Of a stretch of 39,225 nucleotides of DNA, positions 34,096-39,225 are shown piece after piece. Positions within the stretch are counted from its first letter, which is position 1. Each line of letters starts with the position of its first letter. The notes beneath the pieces are model-generated. The model made no database searches. It had not been told where the DNA came from and saw nothing but the letters and a program-made list of their open reading frames with translations. The DNA is taken from the NCBI GenBank assembly GCA_903837075.1, contig CAILTI010000029.1:1-39225 (forward strand). Reading direction: 5' to 3'. A program made the translations under genes and the position numbers. The DNA comes from an uncultured bacterium (GTDB lineage: Bacteria; Patescibacteriota; Minisyncoccia; Phycocordibacterales; PALSA-1337).

Positions 34096-35181
34096 TTACA
34101 AAAACTTTCTCACCAACCGTATCAGTATCTCAGGTATCTTCTCGATGAAAAACCTATTTTTCCAATCACTCCATAGAACTTCATTGGTTTCTTGGATGTC
34201 GCGGACGAAATGTGCGGAAAGTTCTTCGGCGAAGGAGGTGTTGGTCGTTATGATATTGGCTTCGAAATTGTAAAGTAGGCTGGCGCTGTCTAGATTCATG
34301 GAGCCGACGCTCGCCCAGGTACCGTCGATAACGGTGGATTTGCTGTGGATCATATTGCCAGTGAAAAGGAAGATGCGCACACCAGATTCTAGAAGCATGT
34401 TGAAGAATGCTCTAGCACCGAGGTCGACAGTATAATAGTCGGACTTTTCCGGAATGATGATACGTACATCGACACCTCTCTTTGCGGCCAATTTCAAAGT
34501 ACGTGCCAGACGATGAGTCGGTACGAAATATGGGGTGGTTATGTATATGTAATGTCTAGCGTTACGTATAGCTTCTATGAGATCTGCATATATATGCCTC
34601 TTGCCCGGGGCGGGGTAGTTGGTGGTGTAACGAAACTCTTCGTCACGAGCATGTTTTCGTGGAGGGAGGTCGTGGCTATCTTTGGCTCTCGCCCACATGC
34701 GTTCAAAGGCGTTCTTCATCTCCTTGGCTACTTTGCCTTCTATACGTACGTTGGTATCACGCCATCCTTTCATCCGATCATCCATACAGATACTGCCGGT
34801 ATAGCCGACATTCTCATCGATGACTAGAGTGCGGCGATGATTGCGAAGGTACCAAGAACGGAAATTGGGCACTTTGAAATATGAGGGAATGAGTGTTCTC
34901 CAGAAGACCATTTCGATACCTTTCGTTTTGAGGTCATCTGCGATATTCGTACCAAAGAATGTGAAGCTCCCCGCGGCATCCCAGAGGAAGCGGACCGTAA
35001 CACCGGCAGCAGCCCTCTCCGCGCAGACATTGATAAGTTTCTGACCGAACTCGTCGTTGGCAAAGATGAATTGTTCGAGGACGATGGACTTTTCTGCGCG
35101 AGCGCAGTCTGAAAGCATGGAGTACCACGCCTCCTCGTTGGTGTAATAGAGTTTCCAGGATGTGGGGGTGGAGGAGGACAT
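34096..35181 (-). CDS. cls: Cardiolipin synthase-like phospholipase D (ClsB-like)
   Basis: RNHRRTLVID, WRDT, TPYFVP, HSKSTVID, GSMNLD. Confidence 0.9.
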   Translation of the reverse strand: MSSSTPTSWKLYYTNEEAWYSMLSDCARAEKSIVLEQFIFANDEFGQKLINVCAERAAAGVTVRFLWDAAGSFTFFGTNIADDLKTKGIEMVFWRTLIPSYFKVPNFRSWYLRNHRRTLVIDENVGYTGSICMDDRMKGWRDTNVRIEGKVAKEMKNAFERMWARAKDSHDLPPRKHARDEEFRYTTNYPAPGKRHIYADLIEAIRNARHYIYITTPYFVPTHRLARTLKLAAKRGVDVRIIIPEKSDYYTVDLGARAFFNMLLESGVRIFLFTGNMIHSKSTVIDGTWASVGSMNLDSASLLYNFEANIITTNTSFAEELSAHFVRDIQETNEVLWSDWKNRFFIEKIPEILIRLVRKFL

Positions 35182-35290
35182 CAGGGATAGTCTACAGTTA
35201 TATTGACTTTGGCTCAAGTTTTGATATTATTGTAATGTAACTAGTCGCCAATGATTGGCAAACTGAACCCGCCTATAGGCGGGTTCCGAC

Positions 35291-35704
35291 TTATACCAGG
35301 TCAGAGACGTATTTTCTGATCCTTTGAAAGTCCTGAAAAGAGACCGTGTCGATGTATCTGTCTAATCTTCTACTACTGAGTAATCTCATTTGGTGTATTT
35401 CCGCAGCCCTCACTATACCATTACATTCAAAAGTGTAGTGGATACGACTTTCGTCTGGCCACTTTTTTGTTGTAAGTGGAATTGCCCAAAAAGTATTTTC
35501 GGAAAATATTCGGAATATGATGACTGGCCGCTCGAAATGTTCATGTTTTCCATCTTCTTCACTACCAACATTACAACCAAGGAAACACCACCAAATTTGA
35601 CGTTCTACCAATCGCGGAGACTTAGTCCGCAAATGCACCTCCTGTTTTCGAATATTCCATAGGTCAAATTGTTTTATTTGTTCGTTCGGTATATTTCCTA
35701 GCAT
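35291..35704 (-). CDS. PemK/MazF-like toxin family protein
   Basis: IWWCFLGCNVGSEEDGK...RPVII...AIPLTT. Confidence 0.8.
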   Translation of the reverse strand: MLGNIPNEQIKQFDLWNIRKQEVHLRTKSPRLVERQIWWCFLGCNVGSEEDGKHEHFERPVIIFRIFSENTFWAIPLTTKKWPDESRIHYTFECNGIVRAAEIHQMRLLSSRRLDRYIDTVSFQDFQRIRKYVSDLV

Positions 35705-35726
35705 ATTTTAACCATATCATAGAGGC

Positions 35727-35792
35727 GATGAAGATCTGATAAAGATCTGATCAAGATTCGATAAAGAAAAGATCAAATTTTGATGAAGATTT
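35727..35792. repeat. Six tandem degenerate 11-mers (GATnAAGATyT)
   Basis: GATGAAGATCT GATAAAGATCT GATCAAGATTC GATAAAGAAAA GATCAAATTTT GATGAAGATTT. Confidence 0.75.
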
Positions 35793-35866
35793 TAGACGAA
35801 GCTGGAACTAGATAATATCGCCAACCTCATCAATTATTTGTATTTATATGGTACGATATCTGTGTC

Positions 35867-36313
35867 ATGACGACATATATAGATAACAAAAAGGCACATT
35901 TCGACTACGAAGTCCTCGACAAATACGAGGCGGGTATAGAGTTGCTCGGTTTCGAAGTGAAGTCTATAAAGAAAGGTCAGGGATCACTGGATGGTGCTTA
36001 TGTCATCATCCGTGGCGGGGAAGCGTATGCTATGAATGTATTCGTACCACCGTATCAGGAAAAGAATACTCCACCGGGGTATGAACCTAGGAGAAACCGT
36101 CGCCTCATCATGCGGAAAGAAGAGATCGCCAAACTGTCCCACACAGAGGCAGACCGTGGTTTGACAATAGTGCCTATTTCGATATATAATAAGTCCAACC
36201 TCATCAAAGTCGTCGTCGCTGTCGTCAAGGGCAAGAAGAAGTATGACAAGCGAGAGGTGACGAAGAAACGCGAAACAGATCGCGAGATCAGGAGGGATTT
36301 TAAAGATCGTTGA
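35867..36313 (+). CDS. smpB: SsrA-binding protein
   Basis: NKKAHFDYE, EAGIELLGFEVKS, KGKKKYDKRE. Confidence 0.97.
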   Translation: MTTYIDNKKAHFDYEVLDKYEAGIELLGFEVKSIKKGQGSLDGAYVIIRGGEAYAMNVFVPPYQEKNTPPGYEPRRNRRLIMRKEEIAKLSHTEADRGLTIVPISIYNKSNLIKVVVAVVKGKKKYDKREVTKKRETDREIRRDFKDR

Positions 36314-36400
36314 AAAATGAAAGTCCATAAAGTCCGTGAAGTCCATAAAGTTTTTTCTTTATAGACTTTAGAGACTTTCTGACTTTAAGGACTTCTATAT

Positions 36401-36800
36401 GGGGATGATCGGCATAGACAATCAACCGTTCCCGTTCGTGCGGTGCGAGCACCATTAACTCGGAGTCCTTCGAAGCTCTCTTGTAGAGCGTAGTAGGACG
36501 AAAATCTGATGGAAATTCTAAATGCTAAATCAACCGTTTCGCCGTATTTCGGCCAAAAGGACTTTGCATTCGCTCTCGTTTAACGAGGCCGTCCTTCTAT
36601 AGGGATCCTAACTATAGTGTGGGCGTAATAACGTGGATGTAGGGTAGTGTGTCTTCTCAACACATCACCTGAAATCTAGAGATCGTGACTGTGTGTTTCG
36701 CAATACTTTTAGCACAGTCATCAAACTTCAAGTTTTGCTAACATCGTAGATTCGTTCGACGAACATTGATTGCACGGCGGTTCGATTCCGCCCATCTCCA
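36401..36800 (+). ncRNA. ssrA: tmRNA
   Basis: 5' GGGGATG pairs with 3' CATCTCC (G3-U), T-arm GGCGGTTCGATTCCGCC, tag frame 36524-36583, directly after smpB; CCA not encoded. Confidence 0.93.
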
Positions 36801-36806
36801 CAACAC

Positions 36807-36840
36807 AAAAACTGACCTAGACTGCTCTGGGTCAGTTTTT
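36807..36840 (+). terminator. Intrinsic terminator after ssrA
   Basis: AAAAACTGACCTAGA-CTGC-TCTGGGTCAGTTTTT. Confidence 0.8.
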
Positions 36841-36958
36841 CGTGTGTATGAAAGAGATGGTTGGATGAGAACGGCGGAGGCTATATGCGAGCAGTAGCGA
36901 GCATGCTGAGCCGGTGCCCAGACCGAGGCGAACGGGTAGTGAGCCGAGAGTCGCGGGA

Positions 36959-36978
36959 GATTCCGCCCATCTCCACAA
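36959..36978 (+). repeat. 20-bp duplication of the ssrA 3' end (att-like)
   Basis: GATTCCGCCCATCTCCACAA identical to 36784-36803. Confidence 0.85.
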
Positions 36979-37054
36979 AAGAAAATAGCCCTAATAATAT
37001 GGGCTGTTTTTTCATAAAGAATGTGAAGTTAGGACTGTGTTATAATATTGATAT

Positions 37055-37624
37055 ATGAAAAACTCTAATAAAGGTTTTGCGGTCCCATTATTAATAGGGA
37101 TTATTGTATTATTAGTTATCGGTGGTGGTGTCTATATTTATACTAACAAAAAGGTTGAAGTTCCTGCGGTTGTTGATAATGCAACAGTGCAATCAAATCC
37201 TACAGGCTCAACTCCTTTGGTTGGTGATATGGTAAATAAATCTTTTGATAAATACGTTAAACTCGCTGACAAAGAGTTATTGTTAGGTTTTGGACAGAAC
37301 TATTTTTCAGCAAAAGAAATTTTAGTACCAAAAACTAATAATGATAAATTGTATGGTGATATTTTATATAAGATGATTTATGAAAATAATACAGTTTATG
37401 ATATGTATGTAGCAGGATCGAACACTCTATATGAACATGGTAATTTTCAGTCTTGGCTAGCTAGACAGATAGCTCGATACAATTCTATTGTGCCAAGTGG
37501 TAATGGGGTTGAATTTGAAAAATGGTATGTCGAATTTAGGGGGACTGGTTCTGCCAGAGTAATTGGTAAATATGTTGATAATCAATCGATAAAAGTTGAA
37601 AAGGTTGTAACATATGTTCAGTAG
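37055..37624 (+). CDS. Membrane-anchored hypothetical protein with a pilin-like N-terminus
   Basis: MKNSNKGF followed by a hydrophobic helix; AT-rich; extended -10 upstream. Confidence 0.75.
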   Translation: MKNSNKGFAVPLLIGIIVLLVIGGGVYIYTNKKVEVPAVVDNATVQSNPTGSTPLVGDMVNKSFDKYVKLADKELLLGFGQNYFSAKEILVPKTNNDKLYGDILYKMIYENNTVYDMYVAGSNTLYEHGNFQSWLARQIARYNSIVPSGNGVEFEKWYVEFRGTGSARVIGKYVDNQSIKVEKVVTYVQ

Positions 37625-37970
37625 CAATAATGTTATAGGATTATTTTTTTGAAATTAATCTTATCTATATTTACTCAAATCTACATAGGCACGAGTTTTT
37701 GCCTCTTCAACTGCCTCGTGCCACTCCATAACATAGCTCTGTAACTGATTCCAAGTATTTGGGTCTATGTCCACATGTACAATAAAATATTCCACTCCCG
37801 TCTTGTGATACCAACAGGGCACTATATCAAGCAAAACTCAGCCCCTTTTCAAACCCCCTAGCCCCTATAATCGCCTCAGACGCTTCAAAAACCCAAGGAT
37901 ATAGTTTGGTTCCAACTTTGGCTCAATCTGAATACGATGCTGGCCATATGGTTTATCGTAGTGGTAGTAT

Positions 37971-38192
37971 ATGATTAATCATATGAATAACATATCTGTC
38001 AATAAAACACTCATTCAGCGGCTACGTAGCGCCGTCATGGTTGCTCATAGGGCCATTTTACAGGTCACGCCTAAAGAGAAAAACAAACTGGAAGATGTTT
38101 GGGATGTTGAACACGCATACTATTCTAGTGCTCTGGAAGGAAGTAATATTGATCGAAAAGAATTTGAGGCGTTGGCTAAACAAACAAGCTAG
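37971..38192 (+). CDS. Putative Fic antitoxin
   Basis: YYSSALEGS matches the (S/T)xxxE(G/N) Fic inhibitory motif; directly upstream of the fic gene; start may be 37983. Confidence 0.7.
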   Translation: MINHMNNISVNKTLIQRLRSAVMVAHRAILQVTPKEKNKLEDVWDVEHAYYSSALEGSNIDRKEFEALAKQTS

Positions 38193-38207
38193 TCATACAG
38201 CTAAACT

Positions 38208-38854
38208 ATGTCGGAACGACCGAAGAATGAAGAAGAATTGCAACGGTTGGAAGCAATCGGTGTGATTCGTGCATCTCGCTTTGTTAGAAAATACGCAAAT
38301 ACGCATAAAAGTCCTAACATGGATACCATTTTGATATTCATAGAAATATTTTTCAAGATGCATGGCCAGAGATTGCTGGTAAGATGCGAACAGTTGGGCT
38401 TAAGATTACAGATTCTTATCATCTTCCGCCACACCATTCGGTGGTGCCCAAATTGATTAAAGACGCCAGCGAGGAATTCAATAGTCGTCTCTTAAAATTG
38501 AGATCAACCGAATCATTTTGGTTGGAGGATGCAGAACTATCAGAAGAAAAGATGATGAAGATTGATCAGATCGTAGATACTGCAGCGTGGATTCATCACA
38601 AAATAACCTTTATTCATCCATTTCAGGATGGTAATGGTCGAACTGCTCGTTTGGCAGCCAATCTTGTTCTCGAATGTTACGGTCTTGTTGGTATTTCAAT
38701 AAAAATTGAAAGGGAGAATAAAAATCAATATCGTCAGGCGTTGGCACAAGTCGATAAGATGAGTGATTTAGAGCCATTGAAGACACACATCTACGAAGGT
38801 CTTATTGATCGTCTTGCGGGCGTTCCGATGTTTTTCGATAAAAGTCAGCATTAA
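38208..38854 (+). pseudogene. fic: Fic/Doc family protein, frameshifted near 38329-38332
   Basis: HPFQDGNGRTAR in 38384-38854; adding one base at ACCATTTTGATATTCAT joins the 38208 ORF to IHRNIFQDAWPEIAGKMR (about 215 aa). Confidence 0.75.
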
Positions 38855-39176
38855 TCTAGATCCTATCCAGCATATGGACATAAACTAGGTATGTAAATGT
38901 AGAGATTTTCCTGCTCAAACAAAGTTCTAACGTCCTTCACGGTTTTCCACAGGTACAATTAGATACAATTTAGTACAGTTTTGCCTTATTCATCTTCCTG
39001 GTAAAAAGTCATGGGTCAAATGTGACATGATAAATGTTGTTTCTATAGAAAGACTAAATCTTGTCCGTGATAGAAAATCAGGATTACGCCACGCTCCGGC
39101 CACGCTCCGAATGTAGGAGATATTTTTTTAAAGAAGATCAAAGAATCTATCAAAAAATTTCATAATTTTTAAATCA

Positions 39177-39198
39177 GAAACCGCTTTAGGCGGTTTCT
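39177..39198. terminator. Terminator-like hairpin
   Basis: AGAAACCGC-TTTA-GGCGGTTTCT. Confidence 0.55.
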
Positions 39199-39225
39199 AC
39201 TAAGGACATGGTCAGTTTGCATTCA

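Noticed and set aside
35727-35792. CRISPR array (also considered for the heptamer arrays)
   Set aside because: Units are 7-11 nt, tandem, with no unique spacers and no cas genes
39087-39109. Two-copy 11-nt repeat GCCACGCTCCG
   Set aside because: Only two units and no context to support a function
1-39225. Alternative genetic code (TGA as Gly) or prophage
   Set aside because: Conserved genes such as recJ, smpB and sod end at TGA at the expected lengths; no phage structural or integrase genes seen

Overview
Chromosomal segment of a bacterium that looks like Patescibacteria/CPR (Parcubacteria-like). This is inferred from the absence of rpmD/L30 between rpsE and rplO, fragmented ribosomal operons, the separate ComEC domains and scarce Shine-Dalgarno motifs; TGA is used as a stop codon. 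The main feature is a complete diversity-generating retroelement (DGR) at about 160-2895. It comprises a 210-aa target gene with a C-terminal variable repeat (VR 866-992), a template repeat (TR 1337-1463; 19 of 22 TR/VR mismatches fall on TR adenines), an Avd-like gene on the opposite strand between TR and RT, a G9 tract, and a DGR-type reverse transcriptase ending 9 nt before pgk. Both the target mRNA and the TR RNA appear to have their own promoters and long structured leaders. The rest is mostly housekeeping: pgk, recJ, rnhA, comEC, sod, rpsL-rpsG, fusA, part of the spc operon, secY, adk, map, ndk, infC-rpmI-rplT, cls, smpB and tmRNA. It is interspersed with a hicBA pair, an IS256-like element (8-bp target duplication, frameshifted Zn-ribbon N-terminus), an orphan PemK/MazF-like gene and a frameshifted Fic toxin with its antitoxin. 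There are also many palindromic or multi-hairpin repeats, including one family inserted into the coding sequence of recJ, rpsE and a beta-CASP nuclease. All alignments and pairings were done by eye; no database searches were run.
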